Assembly: GCA_010909165.1 (NCBI GenBank)
Contig: MU008166.1
Location: 372,001 to 436,000, forward strand
DNA length: 64,000 nucleotides
Reading direction: 5' to 3'
Origin: Anthoceros angustus
Lineage: Eukaryota > Plantae > Anthocerotophyta
Below the pieces are notes generated by a model, which was given only the letters and a program-made list of their open reading frames with translations, did not search any database and was not told where the DNA came from. This document shows positions 1 to 12,275 of this stretch, in pieces (positions within the stretch are counted from its first letter, which is position 1; each line of letters starts with the position of its first letter). Position numbers and translations under genes: made by a program.

Positions 1-343
1 TAATGCATCACTTACACTAACGCTAAGTCCATGTCATGCAAAGCTTTTAACTGAGCTTGGACAACCTGAGACGGCTGGACCTGCCAACGACAAGGCAGGA
101 TATCAAACATCTGCTCTCAGTCACTTAGTACGCTGAAGCTCAGAACAACTCCAAACCTGCCTTGCGTAATCAGAAAGCAAATGACCAACGGGCAAAAGGC
201 AAAGACTACCGCTGGGTGTGGCTTCTGGGGAAGTCCTTTCTCACCACCACTGCAATGTCAACACAAAAGCAGTACGTGTTAGCGTCCTAACCAAGGGCAA
301 TCAAGATGACGCAGCAATTGCACAACAGACTGCGCTGCCCTAA

Positions 344-925
344 CCCATTCTGACTAGGTGAAGTCTGATCAGAGTCGGTTGCTGCAGCAGTGATTGTGGT
401 ATCCCTCTTCCAACTGGACTGACTTGTCTCCCACGAGCAACAATCAGTCTGCAAAGCTGAACCAGCTGAAAACCCAGAAGTCCTCGAGGATAAGGAATCC
501 ACACTTTTTACTGTTAGTCTTCTCCTGGGAGGCGCATCTCCAAAGCTGATAAGGCTGCATTTACTTGGTAATCTTCCTTCTGCCTGAGTAATACTAGTCC
601 TTGACTCCACTCTGCCAGCGAGCAACACTACCGAACCTTTCTGTACAACTTCTGTCAAAGAACCTGTCCGCACAACATGCCCGTGCTTTCCAAGCCTTAC
701 AGGCGATCGGCCACAGATGACTAGACGGGAGACTAAGCCTACACTAGATGGAGCTACACCTGCCCTTAAACCTTGACTCCAAAACTTCTTCTTGGCTCCC
801 CTGGTGCAAGAGAGAGACCTGGCTACCATATGTGTGTCGGCACCGCGGACCCTGTCATGCTCTACACATGGTGCACTGCCGAAAAACGACAGAGAGGGTG
901 CATCCAAGGCCATTACTGGTCGCAT
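344..925 (-). CDS. Putative 5' coding exon of an unidentified host gene, possibly with an organellar transit peptide, continuing toward or beyond the left edge
   Basis: Long open frame (ORF 287..1246). ATG at 925 or 913 gives an S/R-rich N-terminus (MALDAPSLSFFGS...). Candidate GT donor near 343. No recognisable domain. Confidence 0.3.
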
Positions 926-1654
926 GCCACCGCTCCCGCTATGAGGACACCGACGGTAGTTCACAATCAGGAAAAACTGGAGACGACCGCTTCGAATCTC
1001 AAAAGCACTCCAACATCTGTTGATATCACTCAGTAGACCTCCAGGATTCTCCTTCGCAGTCTGCAATCGTCCTGTTTTCCAAGGCGGAGTGTTAGGAAGC
1101 TGATAAAAAACCTTTCTTCCTCTCTTGTGCTTACAGCGCTCTTTGGGGCATACACAGGACCACCTAACAAGGCAGGCACAAAATGCAAAACGCACAAAAC
1201 AAAGCTTTGTCCATAGCCACTTGACACTGCCATGGCGTTGAATCACCGTGAGATGGAAGCCTGACGAAGAGACAATGCGACTACCTTATCAAGACGCGCA
1301 TTCAACTGCAATTCAAACTCGGTAGCAATGACGCACGACCGAGGCCGCAGATCTATGTACTCCAATCCCACTCCTACACCCGAAACAATTAAGGGGAAAA
1401 CAGTTGCCTGCCTCAAAATTGCCGCAGAGGACGCGCTAGGGCGAGCGAACTCACCAGACCAGTCCAGTCAAGACACGGGCCGAGGCGTCCCCAATTCAGC
1501 TCAAATTGAGAGCAGCAGCTGGAAGGCATGCAGGCACGGCAGCGTAGGGACGGAGAAGAAGGAAGTTCGAGGATCCGGCCACCGGCAAATTTCCAGCTTC
1601 CAGCTTCCCGGCCTCGCAGCTTGACGTCCCGTCTTCACGTAGTGCGGAAGCAGC

Positions 1655-4600
1655 GGAATTGGGAGCCGGGCCGGGCATTTACCTGGCCCTCCGCGGCCTA
1701 GGCTGCGGCAGGCAATTGCGCGAAAGCGAGGCCGCAGAACGGGCGCTGATCCATGGACCGCAGAGCGTCGCAAAGGACAAAGCTCGGCAGCACAAAGAAG
1801 CGGAGAATCGCGACAGATGCCGGGGCAAGCAACGCCGTTGAGTGTGCGGTAAGAAAGGCAAACGGAAGGCGTCGGAAGAATCCTGCTTCCCGCCGTCTCT
1901 CTCCTGCCAGCGGATTGCCCCCCGGGCTAGACGTGCCCTGCACCGCAGCGTGCCACACAGGCAGCCGAAATGCGGTTTAGAGTGGGCGGCCGCGCGGATT
2001 TTTGGAGCCATCTGAATCCGGACTCCCGGAGGCCCGGGTCCGAACCGGCCGCCAGGGCGGGTCCGGTCCGGCATGCTGGGAAGAAGATTCTCATGCACGT
2101 ACCGTTGTAAAGCGCCCGCCCAGCTGCGTGAACATCCAAGTGGGCAACCGACTCCACCGCAGCCAGGCTCGGCTCATGAGGCTCGGTCACGCAGGAGGCA
2201 TGGCGAGAATCGGTACACGTGACAGCCGCCCACTTGCGAGTCGCGAGTCGCGGCGACTCCTCGATGTTTTCACAACACACCACACCACACCATCCAGATT
2301 TCATTTCCTAACTCGGATTCATCAAAAACACGCCGCTCTAAACAGCACATTCCTCCTCTACGGCGTTGGTGACCCAAGTCTTTTCCGTTCATATTTTCAT
2401 ATGGTTATAGCCTAACTTTCAGACAAGCTCATGCTCTAGAGGGAACTAGGGCAAAACCTGGCCAGCCTTGTATTCGGGCCTGAGATGATTTTCGTAAGCA
2501 AGGAGGGCCACTAGCAGGACATCAATAGGCAGTCTACAATCCAACCTCTTATGGACCTGCCTCTAGGATGCCGGGGCATGTGTACGTCTGTATCTCAACC
2601 TACTTGATAGGCATTTCTGGTGAAGCATGTTGTCTAGCATGCTTCGCCTCGTCCGCGTGAGTTCGGGATTTAGGGTTGTGTGCGCAATGCACATGCAAGG
2701 AGGAAGGAAGGTAGCGGAAGCATCCAACAGGGAGTGATGGAGTGTGAAAGCTCGAATGGTAGGCAGAGCAAGCAGAGCATCAAGAGGAAGAGGAGGAGCA
2801 CATGCAACAGAGATGCAGTCAAAAGCGGGACATGGATCGGTTTGTAAAGAGTATTGTTGGGGAAATGGAGCTTGCAAATCTGCGGGGAAGACACAGTTTG
2901 CAGTCATGACGTTGTGATGGCTTGGCATGTGATTACTAACCTAGTGCATACTTGTCGCTTCATCGCTTCCATGAAGCAGTAGCTTATCAGGGCTTTGACA
3001 AACGTGCTGAAGTGGCAACTGCTACAGCTGCGTATGCCTATGCTGCTAGTGTACCTGGAGACGGTGTTCTTGCTGCTTCGAAGCCCTTTGCATCTTTTTT
3101 TGTGCGGGATTCCTTGCCCTTCTTTTCTTTTCTATGCTTTTTTTTTTTTCCCTCCGCAAAATTTAGCAGGTGCGGGCACAGTGGTGAGGTGGGCTGCAAC
3201 TCCTCTACGCGGGGACTTTTGGCCCATCTCTTGGGGTTCGCCATACAGAGCTAAAACTTTGTATGTCCAGTTAAGGCCAGGGACTCTTTGTCTCGGTCCC
3301 AGCCTATTATTGACACCCCAGCTATTGTCTGCTTTGTTCTCTCTCCAATTTCTTCTTTCTGCAATGGGGTGGTCTACGCCTTCGGTGACCGTCAAGGACA
3401 CTCCACCGGTTGTCCACATCTTTCACAGGATTCCAAAGCACCTCCATGATTATGCCCACTTAGCATTCCATCTTCCTCTGGATTGCCTTGCGCTTGACTC
3501 GACGAGCTAGCTGGTGTCTTCTTCCGCCCTAGTGGTGTCTACGTTGTGGGCGTGGGGCTTCGGTCATCGGAGGTTGCAGTCACCTCCGTCGCTTCGAGGA
3601 ATTGGGAGCCGGGCCGGGGCATTTACCTGGCCCTCCGCGGCCTAGGCTGCGGCAGGCAGTGCGCGAAAGCGAGGCCGCAGAACGGGCGCTGATCCATGGA
3701 CCGCAGAGCGTCGCAAAGGACAAGCTCGGCAGCACAAAGAAGCGGAGAATCGCGACAGATGCCGGGGCAAGCAACGCCGTTGAGTGTGCGGTAAGAAAGG
3801 CAAACGGAAGGCGTCGGAAGAATCCTGCTTCCCGCCGTCTCTCTCCTGCCAGCGGATTGCCCCCCGGGCTAGACGTGCCCTGCACCGCAGCGTGCCACAC
3901 AGGCAGCCGAAATGCGGTTTAGAGTGGGCGGCCGCGCGGATTTTTGGAGCCATCTGAATCCGGACTCCCGGAGGCCCGGGTCCGAACCGGCCGCCAGGGC
4001 GGGTCCGGTCCGGCATGCTGGGAAGAAGATTCTCATGCACGTACCGTTGTAAAGCGCCCGCCCAGCTGCGTGAACATCCAAGTGGGCAACCGACTCCACC
4101 GCAGCCAGGCTCGGCTCATGAGGCTCGGTCACGCAGGAGGCATGGCGAGAATCGGTACACGTGACAGCCGCCCACTTGCGAGTCGCGAGTCGCGGCGACT
4201 CCTCGATGTTTTCACAACACCACACCACACCATCCAGATTTCATTTCCTAACTCGGATTCATCAAAAACACGCCGCTCTAAACAGCACATTCCTCCTCTA
4301 CGGCGTTGGTGACCCAAGTCTTTTCCGTTCATATTTTCATATGGTTATAGCCTAACTTTCAGACAAGCTCATGCTCTAGAGGAACTAGGGCAAAACCTGG
4401 CCAGCCTTGTATTCGGGCCCGAGATGATTTTCGTAAGCAAGGAGGGCCACTAGCAGGGACATCAATAGGCGATCTACAATCCAACCTCTTATGGACTGCC
4501 TCTAGGATGCCGGGGCATGTGTTGCGTATCTCAACCTACTTGATAGGCATTTTACGGTGAAGCATGTTGTCTAGCATGCTTCGTCGCATGAGTTCGGATT

Positions 4601-5490
4601 TAGGGTTGTGTGCGCAATGCATGCAAGGAGGAAGGAAGGTGGCGGAAGCATCAGGGAGTGATGGAGTGTGGCTCGAATGGTAGGCGAGCGGAGCATCAAG
4701 AGGAAGAGGAGAGCGCTACAGATGCGCCAAAAGCGGGACATGGATCGGTTTGTAAAGTATTGTTGGGAAATGGAGCTTGCAAATCTGGGAAGACATCCAT
4801 GACGTTGTGATGGCTTGGCATGTGATTACTAACCTAGTGCATACTTGTCGCTTCATCGCTTCCATGAAGCAGTAGCTTATCGTGGCTTTGACAAACGTCA
4901 AGTGGCAATCACTACCGCGTATGCCTATCTTTGCTAGTTGCACAGTGTTCTTCTTGCTTGAAGCCCTTTGCATCTTTTTTGTGCGGGATTCCTTGCCTTC
5001 TTTTCTTTTCTATGCTTTTTTTCCTCCATTTAAAAAAGGGCACGGTGGTGAGGTGGGCTGCAACTCCTCTACGCGGGGACTTTTGGCCCATCTCTTGGGG
5101 TTCGCCATACAGAGCTAAAACTTTGTATGTCCAGTTAAGGCCAGGGACTCTTTGTCTCTGGTCCCCAGTGCCTATTGGCCCTGACACCCCCAGGCTATTG
5201 TCTACAGTTTGTTCTCTCTCTCCAATTTCTTCTTTCTGCAATGGGGTGGTCTACGCCTTCGGTGACCGTCAAGGACACTCCCTGTTCAGTTTGTCCACAT
5301 CTTTCACAGGATTCCAAAGCACCTCCATGATTATGCCCACTTAGCATTCCATCTTCCTCTGGATTGCCTTGCGCTTGACTCCCAGGACGAGCTAGCCTGG
5401 TGTCTTCTTCTGCTTCTGCCCTAGTGGTGTCTACGTTGTGGGCGTGGGGCTTCTGGTCATCGGGAGGTTGCCAGTCACCTCCGTCGCTTT
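1655..5490 (+). repeat. ~1.94-kb tandem duplication (1655-3597 and 3598-~5490)
   Basis: GGAATTGGGAGCCGGGCC starts at both ~1655 and ~3598 and the copies stay colinear. They differ mainly by 1-3 bp indels. The junction has AATTGGG microhomology. Confidence 0.9.
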
Positions 5491-5890
5491 CAGGCCAGCA
5501 ATTGGGCATCTCTTTAGGAGGAGGCATTACGGGCTTCCAAGGCTCGGGTGGAATCCACGTTGCAAATGGAACAAGCCCCCGGGTGTGGCAGCGAACCTAC
5601 GGGGCTGCAAGTTGTTAGGTCTAGCAGGCAAATATGCTCGCGCTGCCAGGGCTCTTCGCCCCCTCCCTTTGGCCCCCACTTCTGAGGAGGCCATTGCGGC
5701 CCTTCGTGCCCTCCATCCAACCCCGAAGGATGCCATCCCCCGGACATACTCGACTATGTCCTTGAGGACCTCTTCTCCCTTGGTCGCACGGCTTTTGCTC
5801 TGGTGCTCTCTACGGCCCTACGTTGTTCTTATGCCGGGCTATCTGGGATGGTATTTGAGCATTTCAGGACCTTTTTTTCCCTAAAGACCC
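4950..5890 (+). mobile_element. 5' (pre-RT) fragment of a CRE-like RLE non-LTR retrotransposon, degenerate; partial duplicate at ~3050-3597
   Basis: Translations include RIPKHL..., GKYARAARAL.PLPLAP.SEEAIAALRALHP and SYAGLSGMVFEHFR. These match the pre-RT and domain-0 motifs of CRE-type ORFs. Confidence 0.7.
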
Positions 5891-5899
5891 ATCCAGTTC

Positions 5900-7190
5900 A
5901 AACATTTACAACAAGAGTTCCTAACTAATTATGATGTGGCACGGATTTTACAACGGGGGTTTGTTGACATGGCATGCTCTTTGTACATGACCTTGTTAAT
6001 TATGCGTAAACTCTTTTTGATTTAGGAAATTAGGGGTGTTATTTGTTAATAAAACTATATTTTGTTGAGTATATAGTGACGTGGCATGTTGTTTGTAAAG
6101 GATGTTGTAAACAGTACTTGTAAAAGACGTTGTAAACCATGTTTGTTGTAGATGTGGTTGTAAATTGTGCAAGACTTGACTTTTTGGAATAATACCATTT
6201 ATGGGAATATCTATAAATAGATTTATTATTTGCTGATATGGCAAATTCGTTGCAAATGATGTTGTAAATATGTTTACTTGGATTTATGTTAGTTATGGGA
6301 TTATCTATTTTTGTTTTGTATATACTGATGTGTCACATGCGTTGTAACTGTGGTTGTAAAACGAATGAAAACCATTTTATAGAAATATCTATAACTAAAT
6401 TTATTATTTGCTAACGTGGCAAGTTCATTGCAAATATTGTTGTCAAATGGCTTCTCGAATTTATGTTATATTATTGGATTGTTAATTTCTACTATATATT
6501 TACTGACGTGGCAAGTTCATTGCAAATATCGTTGTCAAATGATTTCTCGAATTTATGTTATATTATTGGATTGTTAATTTCTACTATATATTTACTGATG
6601 TGGCACATGCATCGTAACTATGGTTGTAAAATGCAGAAGCCGGATTTTTTCATGAATGATATCATTATGTGCTAATATCCATGGATAAATATATTATTTG
6701 CTGATTTGGCATGTTTGTCGCAAATGCTGTTGTAAAATTGTGGAACAGACCTTTTCCTTATTTATGTCATTTATAAGGCTATATATTAGTAAGATGGCTA
6801 ATGTGGCATGCTTGTCGCAAATGCTGTTGTAAAATTGTGGAACAGACCTTTTCCTTATTTATGTCATTTATGAGGTTATATATCACTAAGATTGCTCATG
6901 TGGCATGCTTGTCGCAAATGATGTTGTAAAATTGTGGAACAGACCTTTTCCTTATTTATGTCATTTATGAGGTTATATATCACTAAGATTGCTCATGTGG
7001 CATGCTTGTCGCAAATGATGTTGTAAAATTGTGGAACAGACCTTTTCCTGATTTACGTCATATATAAGGTTATATATTAGTAAAATTGCTGATGTGGCAT
7101 GTTCATTGCAACTACGTTGTAAAATATTATAAAATTTTATCGATTTATGAATAATGCCAAGCGCATTGTAAGTATCATTGTAAGAATTTT
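5900..7190. repeat. AT-rich ~90-97-bp tandem array with core GATGTGGCATG..GTYGCAAATGNTGTTGTAAA; resembles CACTA subterminal repeats
   Basis: Core recurs at ~6238, 6330, 6416, 6507, 6599, 6705, 6803, 6900, 6997 and 7094. GTTGTAAA/GTCGCAAA boxes occur, inverted as TTTACAAC at the left end. No intact CACTA terminus is seen. Confidence 0.7.
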
Positions 7191-7496
7191 CCTGGCCAAG
7201 CTGTCGAAAACGAGGCGTGCATCTTCCAGTTCGCCACACTTTGCATACAGATCCACTAGGGAAGCACTCAAACAGTTTATCAACGGCAGAGATTCCTGAG
7301 CTCCAACGGCCTCAGTAAGCTTTCCCTGCTCACATAACGTGCTGATGGTTAGAGGCGTCACGACTCCCATTTCCAATTCGGCACGCCTCCCAGGCTTAGG
7401 CTTCGCCGGAGAGCTTGACTTGGAAGGAGAGGCACAATGACCCTCCTGCATATTCAAAGAAACAAGCTTCTCATCGATCCAAGCTGGCTTGAACAT
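7190..7496 (-). pseudogene. PLS-PPR gene fragment
   Basis: ISTLCEQGKLTEAV is joined to SLVDLYAKCGELEDARLVFDSLARK. The N-terminus resembles that of the 56936 PPR. Truncated by the repeat array. Confidence 0.75.
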
Positions 7497-7649
7497 GATG
7501 TTTAATTAGAGGACCTCACCGGACTCCGTGCATGGAATGTCAAGCGAGCGAGAGCTCCTCTTACATCGCCTGGTATCCCATGCACAAGAGGGGAGTCCTA
7601 GGAAGTGGTGATGGGAGGACGGTTACTTGGTGTGATCACACTGAGAAAC

Positions 7650-9391
7650 TACGGATTGAACAGGCTCGAATCAACCTCGATTGAGTCGACCTCGACAAAG
7701 GTGAAGTCACTTGTTCTTGGTTTGAATGAAACCTTCAGGTTGTACCTCGTCACCCCCAACACCTGCTCTGTGGTCCCAGCTGCGGTCTGGATCCTCCACT
7801 TGGTTTCCTTCAACCTGTCTTGGTGGAGATCCAACGCTTCCTTCACTTTTCTTCCAACGATCACTGGTTGTGCTCCAGTATCAATCAACACCCTCCTTGT
7901 TGCAAATCCATTGATTTCAATGTGTCTTTCCCGACTGTTGACCAGAGCCACCCCCGCTTGTGCAGCATTCCTCTTCTCCACAGAGATGCTTGGCTCCGAG
8001 GTTAGCAATGACATCATGAGCAGGCGCAAATGGAAAACATATTTCATTCCTTCCATGACATGACAATGTGCGACGAGATCAGAATGATAGTAATGCATGG
8101 TGTGGAAAGAGCTCCATATTGTTGAGGAGACTATGAGGAAGTGGTGTACAGGTGGAGGCATGGTCTCATTTGTTTGGGACAAAACTAATATGCACAATGA
8201 CCAAGGAGGCTTTGACACTGTGGAGTACATCACTGTGGGCTGGGGCGTGACCTGCAAGAGCAAGAAGACAAAGGTGTCCATGCTGCCGAATACCTTGCAG
8301 GGCTCTTTCAATAATGGGCGAGCAGTTATTGCGCACGACGTTGTGGTAAAGAAGTTATTATACATGTCGCTGGACAAGCTGGTTGTTTCCGCGTATCGGA
8401 GGCCATTAGGTGGACACTTCCTTTGTCTTCAAGGGTTGTGAACATCTGCCGAGTCAAACCCCTGACTTCCTTCATGCTCAGCCCCATGTCTTGTAGGCTC
8501 AAACATCGCATCTCTAGAAGCTTTTGCGCCATCGCCTACTCCGGACTTTGATGTTGCTTCCATAATTGCTCCTGTTGGCCATGGCTCAAACGACTTTGGC
8601 ATCTTGGCATAGGTTCGTCAAGAGGATCTCGAAGCTTCTTTCTGTGTCTTCCGCACTGCAGGTGTCAAGACGTCCTCTTCTTCCTCTGAGCTATCTTCTC
8701 TCGGAGCTACCAAAGGTTTCTTCCCCTTGCCCTTGAATCTGGTCACTTTCGCCATGTATCCAAGCTTATGTTCATCTTCGTCGTCCTCTAATGATGAACT
8801 GTTGCTCTCTTTCATCTTCGCCATCCGCACCAACTTCTCAAGCTTTGCGAGACGTGCCACGTAGCTGTCCATCGTCTTTGTTGATGCTTCCCGTTTCTTT
8901 TATCCACGGGACTTCGGCGGTGCCTTCTCCACGACACCTTTGCTCTTTGCTGATTTTGTGGACGAGGTTGAAGTAGATGCATTAGCCGAGGTTGCTGCTC
9001 GGTAACCCCGTAGCCCGTGATTCTGGATGCTCTACCAACACACCGCTTCATTGTGCCCATACCTCCCACAGCCAGGGCATGACTCCTCACCCTTGACTCC
9101 TCCGAAGCATGCTAGCACTCATGAGGGGAATGGTCCGTCCCTCGGCACTTCACGTAGGGGCTCGTCACTTGGGCTATGTGGGCTGGCTTGTCTCGGCGAG
9201 CTCCTCCACTCTGACCTCCGCGTCGGTCATGTTGTCCACCACTCCTGCTTGGGTTGGAGTGACCACTTGCAACAGCACAAGAGACAGTGTTAGCGGGCCT
9301 TATCTTGTCAGCCATCTCGTACACTTCCTTGAGGGTATAGTGTTGCCCCTTCGTACTTTGCTTCGCTTGTTGCACCTTCATGCGCAGCGCA
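7650..9391 (-). mobile_element. Ty3/gypsy gag and aspartic protease remnant
   Basis: Gag-like YTLKEVYEMADKI; zinc knuckles KCRGTDHSPHEC and CPGCGRYGHNEAVC (~9035-9080); retropepsin RVLIDTGAQPVIVG (~7880). Stops and frameshifts present. Confidence 0.8.
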
Positions 9392-9945
9392 TATCACAAT
9401 GCGCTTTAGAGGGTCCCTTATCTACTTGCCTAAGATTTAAGCATAGGCTATCATCACATAGCAAACCTAGCATCTTCTTAGCAAGCCTAGCATTCCTAGT
9501 AAGCCTAGCACACTAAGCCTAACACTGCCTAGCATCGCCTAACATACTTAGTACACTAGCACGCCTAGCACACTAAGCCTAACACTGCCTAGCATCGCCT
9601 AACATGCCCAAGTACACTTGCGCCCTAGCACACTAAGCCCGCCTAGCATCGCCTAACATACTTAGTACACTAGCACGCCTAGCACACTAAGCCTAACACT
9701 GCCTAGCATCGGCTAACATACTTAGTACACTAGCACGCCTACCACACTAAGCCTTGCGTACTAGCATTGGCTAACTTGCCTAGCAAGCTTATCCATTCTA
9801 GCACGCCTATCTAGCGTACACAAGAGATCATAGTTCGACAAGAGATCATGACAAGCTCGACAAGAGATCACGATACGCAAATTCCTCACGCATCGCTCTC
9901 GAAGTCATAGCTTTGGCCTCCTCACAAAACTCTTGCATTGCACAT
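9392..9945 (-). mobile_element. Downstream part of the gypsy 5' LTR, split by the 9946-16881 insertion
   Basis: Removing 9946-16886 rejoins this segment to 16887-17231. Contains tandem repeats and abuts gag. Confidence 0.55.
9504..9755. repeat. 60-bp tandem repeat, ~4 copies
   Basis: Unit CCTAGCACACTAAGCCTAACACTGCCTAGCATCGCCTAACATACTTAGTACACTAGCACG starts at 9504 and 9564 and recurs with small indels. Confidence 0.9.
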
Positions 9946-12275
9946 TGTGGAAGACCACATATACACTAACCCCTCTCTGAAGTGTCGGGGTGAAAGATTT
10001 TTTTTTGTTTTGGGAGTGTTTGTATAGCAAAGTGCTTTGAGAATCGCCTGGGTAAGGTCTTTTATACGAGAATGGTCCTTGGCCCTTGGGATAATAATTT
10101 TTTTTTTGTTTTGGGAGTGTTTGTATAGCAAAGTGCTTTGAGAATCGCTTTGGGTAGGTCTTTTATCGAGAATGGTCCTTGGCCCTTGGGATAATAATTT
10201 TTCTTTTTGAACCTTAGGTTTTCGACCGGATAGGTAGGTCGGAGATAGAGTCCTTGGGTTTTGGTGATTTTAGAAATAAGAAAGTGTCTATATATGTTAG
10301 GGGTGCCTACTTGCCATCGTGATCAAGCGGGGGTAGCCAGTTCCACCACGGTGGCGAAGAGCAGGCGTCTGAGACGAGGGAGTTTACAACCCTAGTGGCG
10401 GAGCGGCTGCAGTCGGCGCAAGCGAGGCGGACACACCGGCCGCTGGTCAATTTCGCCGGGCGTCGGGCGGGCTGGCAAGCGGCGCATACAAGCTGGCGAG
10501 TCTGTTTATTGCAGGTGGACGACAGCCGTCGATCGGTGGCGTGGCGGAGGAAGGAAACCGGTGGCGAGTAGCGAAGGAGGAAAAGAGACGCTGAGGCAAG
10601 AGCGCCCGGTAGCAAAGGGAGTGGAGGAGGCGGTGGTGTCCCGACCGGCCAGGAGGTGGGTTCTTTCAGAAGAAGGAGAAAGGGAGATGGCGCCCAGCTG
10701 TAGAAATTCCCACCATCACGGTGGCCCAACATGGACCCTTTGGAAGGTGAGAGCGACAGTGCGGGGCTGGGTCAGGAATTTATGGAGAAGAAATGGTGTT
10801 CTGACATTTCGGCATTGGTGCAAGTGCGGCAATTGAGAACCAAGTTGCAAGAGGAGGCGAGGAAGAGGCCATAAGCGGGATTTGGGACTCTTTCGAGCGA
10901 TGTATGCGAAGCATCGGAGGATGGAAGCTTGGTAATTGATCCCCGGAGAAAGACCCGTGCTGCGCTCATGAAGCTGGAGAAGTGAGAGTGAACAATGGAT
11001 GGGTGACTCGCCAACTCGTGTCTGCGGTGGTGGGATTAGCCAAGTGGATTTTGTGTTTCTGCGAATCGGAAGTTGGATCATATGGCGGACCACTTCACGG
11101 TCTTTCTTCATGAGGTGGTTAAAGGTACACAAATCGATTGGGGCGGATGATCTTTGAAAGAGCACTGTGAGGAGGCGAATTTGCTCTCCCTTCCCTCGGC
11201 CCTCCTTGATTTCACCTTTTCTAATTCATGTGTTCGCGCATTAGGGTGTCTAGCGGAGTTGGGCGTATACGCCCTTCATAGGCTGGAAACCGGTCGAGAA
11301 CTCAAGGTAGAGGAGGAGGAGTGTAAGGAAGATTAGGAAGGATTCAGCGGTTGGGAATCGCCTCCCTAGAAGATTCGGATGAAGGTGGGGAGGTTTCCAA
11401 GGGCAAGAAGCGGAGGCGGCGGCTGAGCAGGGGTCGGCGAAGAAGGGAAGGACGTGCGGAAGAGGAACCCTGACCACACCTAGGGTCACCAGTCGAAATC
11501 GGCAGGCAGTGAAGGAGGAGAAAATAAAGGAAGCGACAAGTTGTGCCCTCTCGGTGCGGGGAGGAGTCGCCGCTAGGAGAGATTGGAGCGGATGAGGAAG
11601 TAGTGGCAAACCAACCCCTAGAAGAAGAGGTTAGTTTCGATAGCCAAGTCCGGAGACTCGGAACATTTTGGCGACATTTCAGCCCGTCCGGTGAAGTGGA
11701 GCAGGTGACACCGCTCGCGTCGAGTGTTGTGGAAGGAATGGGCGCAGGGGGCCAATTCGGGAATCTGCAGGCCACGACTTGGCCATGGCTCGAGGCAGCG
11801 GATCTCCTCGACCGGCCATGGCTCTCACTGGGAGTGTTTGTATAGCAAAGTGCTTTGAGAATCGCCTGGTAAGGTCTTTTATACGAGAATGGTCCTTGGC
11901 CCTTGGGATAATAATTTTTTTTCTTTTTGAACCTTAGGTTTTCGAATTTTGAGGTAGGTCGGAGATAGAGTCCTTGGGTTTTGGTGATTTTAGAAATAAG
12001 AAAGTGTCTATATATGTTAGGTGCCTACATCCGCCATGCAGCCAAGCCGGGAGGTAGCCGCCCACCACGGTGGTCAAGAACGACGATGCACTGTGGGAGT
12101 TTACAACCCTAGTGGCGGAGGCGGGCTGCAGACAGTCGGGCGCAAGCGAGGCGGACACACCCAAAGACCGCGAGGTAATGTGCCGTAGCCGAGCGAGCCG
12201 CAGCAGTCGGGCGCAAGCGAGAGAGATGAAGCTAGGGCCGAGTCTCTCGTCACTGCGGCAGGGACGACGCTACGT

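Noticed and set aside
5930-7130. CRISPR-like repeat-spacer appearance
   Set aside because: Spacers are homologous to each other, repeats are degenerate, no cas genes are present and the context is eukaryotic.
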